From Antedon mediterranea (lineage: Eukaryota; Animalia; Echinodermata): 64,000 nt of DNA. The stretch lies in the NCBI RefSeq assembly GCF_964355755.1, contig NC_092673.1, positions 9,300,001-9,364,000 on the forward strand. Direction: 5' to 3'. Positions 12,475 to 24,500 of this stretch are shown here, piece by piece (positions within the stretch are counted from its first letter, which is position 1; each line of letters starts with the position of its first letter). Both the position numbers and the translations under genes were made by a program. Under the pieces are notes generated by a model. That model was not told where the DNA came from. It saw only the letters and a list, made by a program, of their open reading frames with translations, and made no database searches.

Positions 12475-13332
12475 AGTAAGCCTAGGATTCTAGGTCAATT
12501 CACGTGATTGCCTTCGCGCACTCTTCTTCACACACACACCATTATGCAAAATGTGTCGAGGCTAATCGACAGCTAGGCAAGACATTAAACTAAGTAGTAA
12601 TTGAACATAGCCCAAAGAAAGCTTAGACCCACAAGAATAAAAAATGTGTATAATTTGTGTACTGTAATTTTTTAATTCTGCTATTTTATTATCAAACAAT
12701 ATGCATGTAAGTACTTTAAACTTTAAAAATGCGCGTATATGAACACATGAGATGCCCAAAGAAAGCTTAGACCCACAAGAATAAAAAATGTGTATAATTT
12801 GTGTACTGTAATTTTTTAATTCTGCTATTTTATTATCAAACAATATGCATGTAAGTACACATGAGATGGGAAAATTAGACCCACGAGAATAAAAAATGTA
12901 TTTTTGTGTAATGTTTATTGTTTAATTTTGCTGACTTTTACTCGGACTGTGTCATACCTAACACACACACACGTCACACACACCCACACAGCTACTACTA
13001 GAATAGACATGGGTTTAGAGACTTATAATAATTAGGCCTAATAGTATTAATAGAAACTATAATTTTAACACGTAATTCTTTAGTAATAAATTATATTAAA
13101 AACACCATAAACTAAAGGCTGATTATTTCGACAATCCACACAAAACGCCGCTATTCTTTTATGAAATCCCACGCGGCAACCACAGCGGAGATTAGGCCTA
13201 GAATCGTACCGCACTTGTGTAATCACTTCTTGTTGCTATACGCTTGGGTCCACACGGAACAAGAAAATTTAACTGATTATTTTGTGACGTTTCATGAGGG
13301 GGTCCCCAACTTATGTACGAAAAAAAAAATCG
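12475..13332 (-). mobile_element. Partial copy of the 1050-1990 MITE family with an internal ~147-bp tandem duplication
   Basis: Reverse-complement similarity to 1050-1680; 12610-12720 is repeated at 12754-12858. Confidence 0.8.
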
Positions 13333-13669
13333 TCATTTCCCACACTTGTGCTACCAACTCTCCATATTTTCCCACACTTGTGCTACCAGGCCCTCGAAAA
13401 TATACCCTTAAATGCGGCACCTCCCCGTATGGAAATATTTAAGAGTGACCCCCCCGGGACAAGAATATAGAGAGATGGCCAGAGGAATTTAGCCCCCGCG
13501 TCGGAAAGATTCTGGTGCCACCACTGCTGGATGGAACATGACATCACGCGGAAACCGCAATGGGCTGGGCCCAATGTTAAACGATTCGTACAAAGAGACA
13601 CCGCCAGACAAGTGCGTACCTATTTTTTGTTTAGTTAAATCGCTGGCAAAATGCATACTTATAAAGTGT

Positions 13670-13746
13670 AATAGCCCTCCGACGTACTCACGACGACGTA
13701 CTCAAATTATTTGAGTACGTCGTCGTAAGTACGTCGGAGGGCTATT
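13670..13746. repeat. 77-bp near-perfect hairpin
   Basis: AATAGCCCTCCGACGTACTCACGACGACGTACTCAAAT-T-ATTTGAGTACGTCGTCGTAAGTACGTCGGAGGGCTATT, one mismatch. Confidence 0.9.
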
Positions 13747-15272
13747 GGAAAGGGTCCTACTAAACACCACTTTCAACCACGTCCTAACACTCGCAACCTA
13801 AATTCATATTAATTAAAGTACATTTGGCTTAATTATTGTCTTATTATCAATAAAAACCTATTTTTCAATGAAAGTAATTGACTATGATCACAACCTTGGT
13901 GGGCTGATTCCGTAGACTTGTAACCAAAAATGAATAAAATCAGTATTTTACATCTCTAGTGGTTATGCAAATTTCTTTTTGATATCCACTCCCATAGTTA
14001 AGGCATTTTTTTTAAAGCTGTTTGAAAAAAATCAGGCTATTCATTAAAACAAAAAATATATGGAAAATAATGAGATTATTTTCCATATATTTTGTAAAAT
14101 AATGACTCAAATGACTTTTAGTGACAATCAATGTGTAGTATGATTCATATCATCAGCTTTCATTGAGCCTAATTCCAAAACAATTGGTGCATTTCATCAA
14201 ATAATGTGCCATAAAATAAAGATACTAGAGTAAAATTGCGTGAAAAAATACGGTAGGTCATTGACATCTGACCAGAAACTGCATTACCAGAATCATTTAA
14301 GAATTGGATTTTCAGATGTAGCCTACCAGAGTATGTCTCACAAAAATCATATAAAGACCAATGGTAAAATATGTGCACTAAATCGACTCATCTCTCAGAC
14401 TATATGTAGCAGCTACTATACCCAGCAGCGCGACGAGAGATAATTTTCGCTTACCGCGCGTGAAAACCATTTCCAGATTTTTCCGTCACATCTTGAATAT
14501 TCATGTGTGGATTCAGGCCCTCTATAGTTTCTGCCTTAACCTAATAGGAAAAAAATAATGTGTCCGGTCAAACTACTACTAGAAAAAAAATAATTGTTTA
14601 AAAATTTAAGATGGCAAATATACTTCAAAATGGCTGCCATTTTTCTCAAAAGAGAAAAGTTCGAGAAAGATCTATAGATTTAGATTTAGTAGATCTTTAC
14701 CAAATTGAAACCACAAAGAGATATGTTGTGAAGAAAGACTCAATTCAATTTTGGAGGCAATGTAGACCACTTATTATTATTTTTACTAATTTTAAGCCAT
14801 ACGTCAAAACTACAAGACGGTTATCACTTGATTCTTTATCCTTCTCTTTTTACTACGAAGGTTGCAACTCTATGAGTGCCCTTCTAGTCTGCATAATATT
14901 TCCAAGGTGTGATTTGTGGAATTTCATCCTCTCATCATATGTAAAAGTATAGAGACTAATATATGAAGTCTATATCTATGAGTAGTTAATGGTGATACGT
15001 AAATCATGTGTGAATGTTACCTAAATCTTTGAAAATAAGGTCAGGTGTCGAAGTGGCTATGGAAATACGTATCCTGTGAAAATTACCTAATCCTTTGAAA
15101 ATAAGGTCTTTACAATTTGGCTCTTTCACCATTTTTACGGCTCTTTTACCGTTGCGTTCCCGAACGTAATTGTAAAAGAGCCGTATAAAATGGTGAAAGA
15201 GCCAAATGGTAAAAGGGCCGAATGGTAAAAGAACCTAAGAAGGCAGTAACGGCGTTCCATAGACGTTGTGCA

Positions 15273-15344
15273 GTTGCTATGTTTATAGAATAAGCTCCTC
15301 CCACCACCAATACATACACACATCGTATTTGTTTACCTGGAGAC
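15273..15344. promoter_or_regulatory. Candidate RFX X-box-like and Forkhead sites upstream of the AK5-like start codon
   Basis: GTTGCTATGTTTAT (15273-15286), GTTTACCTGGAGAC (15331-15344) overlapping TGTTTAC (15330-15336); imperfect matches only. Confidence 0.35.
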
Positions 15345-15450
15345 GAGATGGTAAAAAAGACAACACGCGACGTTTCATTCTAGCCTACCTAGCCTAAATT
15401 TGGCTGAATTTCTCTTTATTTTCGCTGGGCGTTTTTTAAACACACAAATA

Positions 15451-15513
15451 ATGACATCTAGAGAAAAAACAAAGGTGTATCTCGCTCAAAAAGAGATACC
15501 ACAGCTATTTGAG
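15451..15513 (+). CDS. AK5: AK5-like exon 1
   Basis: [24 protein letters not shown] then GTAAGC donor, phase 0. Confidence 0.88.
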
Positions 15514-18500
15514 GTAAGCCCTGGGTAACTACTAGAGTTGACTAGCTACCTAGCCTAGTAGGCCTACTAGCCTAGTAGGGCCTATAGGCCTAGCTAGGCC
15601 TTAGACTAGGCCTAGGCCTAGGAAGGCCTAGCTAGGCCTAAAAAGTCTAAATAAAACTCTAGGCTAGGCCCTAGTCTAGCGTAGCCTACTACTCTGGCTA
15701 GGCCTTAGCCTAGCCTAGCTAGTTAGGAGGCCTACCTACCTAGAGCTAGTAGTAGCCTAACTAGCCTAGAGGCCTAGCTAGGCCTAGGTTAGTAGTAAGC
15801 TAGGCTAGGCTAGTTTAGGCCTAGCCTAGTAGCCCTCTCTAGGCCTAACTAGGAGGCCCTAATAAATAGTCAATACCAAATAGCAATACTAACTAGGCCT
15901 AGCCTATATCCTAGGCCTAGCTAGGCCTGTACGCGAAATTTGGTCCGGGGCCAAAACTGGTCCGGTCGGATCGATTTTGGCGTTGAAACAGCCGCTAAAA
16001 CAGGTCCGGCTAGGCCAAAACTGGTCCGGCCTTCAAAATCGCTAAGTTATCCATAAAAATGTCATAAGAAGCCTGGAAAAAGTCCAAATGGTTGAAGTAA
16101 ACTATGCTTAGAGTAAATATACTAAATATTACCATAAAATCGAAAAGAAATTATCGAAACGGAGAGATTAAAAATGTGAAAGAATAAATCGGCGCTCGGT
16201 TCGGAATCTTCCATTATTCCATTGTAAAATTCGTAGGATAAAGTATAGCCCCCCCCCCCCCCTCACCCTCTTAGCATAGTAAAAAAGGACTTTTCATTCA
16301 TTGTATTCATGTATTTTGATTAAATAAGGTTAGATTATATATCCTCACATATTTCCTCATTTTATCGTTTTAAATTAATACATTTTCAGTATATTACCGG
16401 GCGGTTTAGAATTTGTTTTTATTAATATTTAATATATAACTTTAACTTGCACTGAAGGGTTTAAAAAAGAGGGTTCAACATCAACGTTTTGCGATCGTAT
16501 TTTAACGTACTGCATCTGTTTTAAAATGAAATGTCAGTAAAATTATAAAATGATCACCTATTTATTCTTCAAAGTGAGGAATTAAATTTCAGTTATTCTT
16601 TGTCTGCATACATATTTAATACAAAATTTAGATTTCAGAAATACTCATGGTTTCAGCCGATACAATAGTAAATTAATTTGACACGAATTTAGACTAGCAT
16701 GATATAAAAGAACACTTTTGTTGTTTTTTTTAATTGATGAGGACTACTTGGCCTGCCTTTTCCGCCAAAAAAAGGAAAAGAAAAAAATAGTTTTCACTTA
16801 TATTTATAAAAGAAAAAACAAACGGTTATATTAAACCAAAAACCCATTGGCTGTTGGTACAGTTTTTGCAGGAAAACAAAATTGTTTTGATCCATTTTTG
16901 GTCAAAGTGAATAACTATTATGGAACATTATCATTTTTCGGGGGACAATACATCAACAAATGTCCCTCCTAAAACTTTACGTTTTTTCAAAATTATTTCG
17001 CATTTAAAAATAGCTAGATTGTGTCGTTAATATGATTAAGTTTAGCCAATACTACTATGCGCCATCTATTTCGTGTAGAAAAGTACAGTAGGCCTATCAT
17101 CCACATGATAATGCAAAATTACATTTTATAAACAGTATACTTTGTGTAACTGCATAAAGTACTTAATATTTTGTATATCATTTATACGATACAATAGTAA
17201 TACGTCGCATTTATATACAAGCATTAATAGAAAAAAATGAATTTACCATGTGTGCTGTTGTTTGGGTAGAGAGGCTATAAACCCAGGAGAGGCCGGAGCC
17301 TCCCTTTTCACCAAGACATAAAAATATGAAGTGATCGTAGAAGAATGAAATAGAAAGAAACAAGATATTAGAATAACAGCATGGGATGATAATATAAATG
17401 AAAACCGTAAGGGTAGGGCCCACGCACGGTGCAAGTCCAAGCTCTTTATATCTTGGCTCTATGTGCATGTGAGACGCATCATATCCAAAACTTACATATT
17501 ATTTTTTATTTGACAAAACATATTCATGTGTTATAGCACGTCCTTTTAATGAGGGAAGGTATGAGAGTTGTTTTCTCTAAAAACTTTCTCCTGGAAATGT
17601 TCGACATCGCACAACAAGTTGAAGATATTTGGCTCAATTTCACAATGTTGTACATCATACCGATTGTCGGTAAATTCGCTTACAAAATTGACAGCATGTA
17701 AATCCAAAGCTCGCAGTGTAGCTTCATCTGCGTAATTGTCCACAAAAACAGCGTTTAAGAGTGCTTGTCACCAAAATTCGTAATTTAGTGGCAAGGGTCA
17801 AAATTTCGAATTGGCTCATCATTTAAATTGTGAATATTGTATAGGTTCTGACAACTTAAAATATCATGTATGAACTCATCTTCATTAAATTCTTTATAAT
17901 CTCTATGATATATCGTTTATGTTTTTTTTCTTTTTCTGTAAATTTAATACAACTATATATCATAAAATGGTCACTGAGAGCTATTTTTGCGACACCACTA
18001 GAATAGTGCTGGTCTGGTATAGTAGTGAGTATTAAATATATACAGCTTGATGAATGTGATGTTACCCTTGTTTTATCAACTGGGTCATTACAAACATATT
18101 CTCAAGCATATTAATCGGATTATTTGAAAGGTAATCGGATTATTTGAAAGGTTCTCGTCTAAAACATAATCAATATTGAAATCGCCAAGTAAAACAATTT
18201 CGTTATTTTCCATACTAACTTTTTCAAGTATATCATTGATCAAATTAAAATATTCACAATTTGCATTTGGAGGGCGGTATAAACAACATATTAGAATATT
18301 TTGACTTTTTTTTCCTAGTACAGTAGCTCTATCCAAATTGCCTCAAGATCAGTTACAGATAGGTCAGATCTTTCTTTACATATGTTCCGCATTCGAATCC
18401 AGTTGGTCGTGCATGCCTTCTGTCATAATTGATTTTCTGTCTTTTCTGTGCCGTTTCGATGTTTTTTACGCAGTATTTTTTAAACACGCAAATGGCCTAA

Positions 18501-21500
18501 ATCATGTTCTAAAATTGATCAAAGCGTAATTTTAAGCATTTTAAAATGTTAATGCGCGATTTTGCACGCAACGCCCTGGTTAAGCGTACCATTTTTAATA
18601 TGTTTACCTTAGTTGATGTATAGTGAATTTTCTTGTTTTAAATTACAGTATTTATTACTGTATAACAATATAAAACATAATACAGGTAATACAGTATATT
18701 ATTCCATTGTAACAATCAAATACAGTAGGCCTATTTAGGACTCATACATTTTGAATTAAATATATGAATTGTGTTTTGCCAGATTGAAATAAACCTATAG
18801 GCTAGTCAAATAATTAATTGTATATTGTACGTTCAGCTCTATGTTATAACATTTTGAGGTGAGTGACAATGGGTGTATAGACTTAGTCGTTCGCATCCAT
18901 CCCATCCACGTTAGATGTGCCACAGCTTTTTCAGCTGCGGTCCTCGGTTGCGGTGTAAAGATTTTTTTTAAAATTACAAATACTACCAGTACGTCTAAAT
19001 AATGATATTAGAGCGTAATAATTGGATTCTAAAAAGTTCATATTTTGGATAATTTTGAGAAAATGGCAAATTTAGCCCTCTTATTTTTCGCTAAAACTTG
19101 ATTACGGCACTATAAGATGATGACGCAACCCACACGTACACCAATCAGTGATATTATTAGAGCGTAATAAGTAATTGAATTCTTAAAAGTCCATAATTTG
19201 GGGTGATTAAAAAAAAAATCTCTGTACTATTGTTTTACCTTCTTTTTTTTTCGCTAAGACTATTACGAAACTCGTGTTTGTCGTATAGCTAAATTCGTGA
19301 ATGTGGGAACCGGTCGTTCCACTGTGGTGTCGTTTGTCAATTTTTTATCTTTATTAATGTTAGTATTGCTACCCATATCGATTGTTATTATCGTTGTTGT
19401 TTTATACTACTATTAATAATAAGAGGCCAGTGGTGGCCACTTGCACCCCAAAATGTGGACTGGAAAAAAAATAAGGCAGGTGTAATTTCTTACAAAGGCA
19501 AAAAAAAAAGATACTGATAGCAGTAATGACAACAACCTAAAATAATAATACTAATAATAATTAACGTTCTATATTTTATTATTAATCATTATTGAATACG
19601 CCCAAGACTTATTCAGTTTGTACATTAATATCTACACTTAGACATAATATAAAATTGCTAGAGGGCGCTTAGTTTTAAACGAACTGAACAATAGAATATC
19701 CCAAAATCCGATTACTGTAGAGTTTCTTTAATTAGTGTTTCGATAATTTCTTTTCGTTTGTACGGTAATATTTAGTATATTTACTTTAAGCATAGTTTAC
19801 TTTAACCATTTGGACTGTTTGCAGGCTTCTTAACACATTTTAAAGAATAAATAAGCGATTTTAAAGGCCGGACCAGTTTTGGCCTAGCCGGACCTGTTTT
19901 AGCGGCTGCTCAGCGCCAAAATTGATCCGACCGGACTAGTTTTAGCGACCAAAATCGATCCGGCCGGACCAATTTTTCCGGACCAATTTTGGCTATACTA
20001 GGCTAGGGCTTCCTACTAGCTAGGCCTCCTAGGTCTACTTAGGCCTAATCCTATACTAGGCTAGGCCTAGGGTAGATGTACCAATTAGCGGTTTGTCCCA
20101 ATTAGGCCTAGGCCTAGCGGTTAATCCATTTATTAATTAATGTAGGCCTAATTTATTATTTATTCACAACTATTGATTATTTTTTACGTTATTAGTACCT
20201 TTAATATATTCTTTCAAAGTTACAATCGTTTATTTTATAATTCCCTAAGCTATTTCATCGCTGGCCATCAAAACAATGAATGACCTCTTGACCCCATGTG
20301 GAAAATTTCACGTCTTTAGCGCGAACTGAAGAAAGGGGGTACCCTCCACTTACATGTAGGCAAGTCACATGTGACGTGATATACCTACAAACTGCATTTC
20401 ACCTGTTACCTGTCGGTGTCCTCCGCTCGAAGCAGATTGGCTGTCATGAATTTCCATTCGTTCCTCAGCTGCGCCTTTCTCACACACTTCTCATAGCTCA
20501 TTTTTGTCCATTCCTTTATGTTGGTTGTCCATGTAAAACGTGGCCTACCTCTGCCTCTTTTCCCGTCTATTTTACCATCTAGTATTTCCCTTTGAAGACT
20601 TTCCTTCCTTATGAGATGACCAAAAAATCTAGCTTTCTTTTCTTGATGGTATAAACTAGATATCTATTAGCTCCCACTCTTCTCAACACCTCTGCATTAC
20701 TAATTCTATCTTTCCATGTGATCTTCATTATGCGCCTGTATACCCACATTACAAATGCTTGAATCCGGTTTATAATATTCGTGTTTAAAGTCCACGTTTC
20801 TGCTGTATATAATAACGTGAACCATACGTAGCATTGTGCTAACTTTCTTCTTGTGCATTTAACAATACCTTAATAAATAAAATACCTCATGGACTACTGG
20901 TAGTCCATTGTACGATTTTCTTACTATTATGGGATGTAGAAGAAAAACCCGCTAATTGGATCAGCCATGTGGCCTGATCCAATTAGCGGTAGGTTTTGTT
21001 TTTAATTAATATTTTTTCATTATTGTCACATTAAATTTTAATATATTTTGTAAATATTCTATTTTTTTCTGACGGGAAAAATAGCAAACAAACTCACTTT
21101 ACACTTTTGTCAATGATCATTCAATCTTTTTATTTTTAAAATAAAAACATATATTTACATATATTTACATTTATTCAATTCTTTAAATAAAACACAGACG
21201 TTAATGTAATGCAAAACAAACTCGTTTTACACTGTTGTCAATGATCATTCAATCTTTTTATTTTTAAAACAAAAACGTATACAAATAGGCCCTATTTACA
21301 TTCATCATTCAAATTGAAACCTTTTTATTTACATCTACAAACATAGAAATTTAATTTATCTACTGTATGTAATTAATCTTTTATTTATTACCAATGTTTA
21401 CCTCTATTTACATCTACAGACGTTATTTAATTTATCTATTTATTTAATCTGTTATTTATTAGCAATATTTACATCACTATCGCATCTAATTACAACAAAT

Positions 21501-24500
21501 CGCGAACATCATTTGATATAACTGCGATCCAGCGTTAAGGAGATCTCGCTGATCGTTAGCCTGCGCGATACTCGTCCCAGAGGCGCAAGAGCGTTCTAGT
21601 GGCACGTCGGTAAGCTTGGCTCTGAAGCCGGTTAACATTCTGACTCTCTTCATGCAGCAGCCCGATTAAGAGGTAGAGTTGAAGTTTTGCTGCAATAAAA
21701 AAAATAATGATATACTACAATTATCATTAGTCCAGGAGTATTAGACAAAAAAAGGGCCAAAGGTAGAAATAAATATGCTAAAGCTGAATTTTTCAGGATA
21801 GGTCCCCAATGTTGTCTGGAACAACATACTAAAAGTCCCCGGGTTTCCCCGTTGTGCTTCAACCTGATTGGGCCATTTTTCAAAATGGCGGCCATCTTAA
21901 CATTATTTACCATATTTTGACAACCAGTAGGTGTAAGTAAACAATTTTGGTGTCAAAATACTCAGAAGACCAATATTTATATTCACTGTAATGGAGAAGT
22001 TTTTAAAAAAATGACCGGAAATGCCTGTTTTGACCTTTGACCATAAATTTGGATTATCTCAATATCTCATCAACGACTGGCCGTAGAGACTTCAAAATTG
22101 TCCCAAATTATTCAGAATGCCCAACTTTCTATTCACTCTAATGAAAGAAAAATACAAAATTCCTTTAGAAACCTTCTATTCTGACCTTTGAACTATTGAC
22201 CTAAGCATATTTTAATTTTATAGACATCTTGGTGATCGATAGGAGTACATAAACGAAATTGGTGTCAAAATACTCAGAAGACCCATATTTATATTCATTA
22301 TAATGGAAAAGTTTTTAAAAAAATGACCGGAAATGCATGTTTTGAACTTTGACCCGAAATTTGGATTATCTCAATATCTCATCAACGACTGGTCGTAGAG
22401 ACTTCAAAGTTGTCCCAAATTATTCGGAATGCCCAACTTTCTACTTTAATGAAAAATACCAAAAACCTTTAGAAACCTTCTATTTTGACCTTTGAACTAT
22501 TGACGTAGGCATATTTATTTTTATAGACATCTTGGTGATCGATAGGATACGAAATTGGTTTCAAAATTTATAACTTTGACCCTAAATTTGGGTTATCTCA
22601 ATACCGCATCAACTGCTGGCCGTAGAGACTTCAAATTTGTCCTAAATTAAGCAGTGTGCCCAACTCTCTATTCACTGTAGTTAAAGAAAAATACTAAAAG
22701 CCTTTAGAAACCACCTATTTTGCCATTTGAACTATTGATCTGGCCAATACAATATTTTATATCATAATTATATAGAAATCTTGGTGATCGATAGGAATAC
22801 ATAAGCGAATTTGTTGTCAAAATATTCCAAAACACCCATGTTTTTTTACCTTTGACTTCAATCACTACATTATAATTTAATAATTCAAGTCCCAAATAGC
22901 ATGATGGACATACCATTCATCATGCCATGAGATGTCAAATTTATCTGAAACAGCCTAGAAAAAATGTCCGATGGACGAATAATAATATTCATCAATGTAG
23001 ATATGAGGCCATAATTTCAGGTATCAAAGGGTCACAATGTGTCATTTGACAAATCACCTAAATAATAAAATACAATATGACACTCTTACAAATCTATCAA
23101 GATGGATTATAAAGAAATTGTCACTGTAAAGTTCTTCAACAGATTTTCATGCCCTTATTTTATTAACCATCATATAGTCCTGAAGTATTTTCGATTTTTA
23201 GAGAATTTTGATTAGAAAAAAAACAGAGAAAATGTTCACATCTTAAAGATAAATACAATAATTCTTTTAAAATTAAATTGCATCATATCAGATAGGAATC
23301 GGAAGTATGACTAGAGCCTAAAATGAGACTTAGACTGAGACCTTGATAAATGGTTGGGTGGGTGACTATGTACAGTGTGCAGTTTTAGACAATTTAAAAA
23401 ATGTTATAAGATAAATTATGTACTCCAGACCTATATACACAAAGAAATGTAATAGTGCAGCTCAATTGAAAAAAAAAACCCCAATTTTACCAATAAGTGT
23501 GTGTCAAATCAACCAGTAGTGGTCTCTGCTATATATTAAATGGCACTGCCGAAGAGGAAACATTTCAGAATTGGTGTAGCTCCAAAGTTTAAACATGGAT
23601 ATTAGCCATATAGAGAAGGCGTGGCATTTTTTGGAGGACTAATTTCTAACCTTAATATTTCAAGAATAAATCAATAATAAAATTTGTTTGGTTACTAATG
23701 AATAAAAGAAGTGAAAACAGGCTAAAGACAGTAAAATGTATCATATATATATAGTTTAAAATTGGGGCTTGGTTTGTCTGTTTAGCATCTGAGCAATTTG
23801 GAATGAATTTTACCTCTCATGGCAATGGCCATACTGATGAATTGTTAGATTCTGTCTATCTTTATGTCAACTTAAATTTAACTTTTTGCATCTAAGCCCT
23901 CCCTCTGGAGAGCACGGGCTATTGTCGGTTTATACAGGTAAGCTAGGCATGAAATAAGACTAATTCTCATTAAAATGTAATGATTAAGGTCAAAGGTCAA
24001 AACACTTTCAATCGCATTTAGTACATTATTTCTATAAGAGTAAACAGAAACATGGGTGTTTTGGAGTATTTTGAAACCAAATTATTCCTATCGATCACCA
24101 AGATTTCTATACAATTTTGGTATAAAATATGACCAGATCAAGGGTTCAAAGGTCGAAATAGAAGGTTTCTAAAGGAATTTGGTATTTTTCTTTCATTAAA
24201 GTGAATAGAAAGTTGGGCATTCCGCATAATTTGGGACAACTTTGAAGTCTTTACGGCCAGTCGTTGATGAGATATTGAGATAATCCAAATTTAGGGTCAA
24301 AGTTCAAAACATGCATTTCCTGTAATTTTTTTAAAAACTTTTCCATTATAATGAATATAAATATGTGTCTTCTGAGTATTTTGACACCAATTTCGCTTGT
24401 GTACTCCTATCGATCACCAAGATGTCTATAAAATTAAAATATGTCTAGGTCAATAGTTCAAAGGTCAAAATAGAAGGTTTCTAAAGGAATTTGGTATTTT

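Noticed and set aside
11174-15323. Short 60-113-aa ORFs here and similar ones elsewhere in the track
   Set aside because: No recognisable motifs; they overlap MITEs, antisense LINE strands or AT-rich intron sequence.
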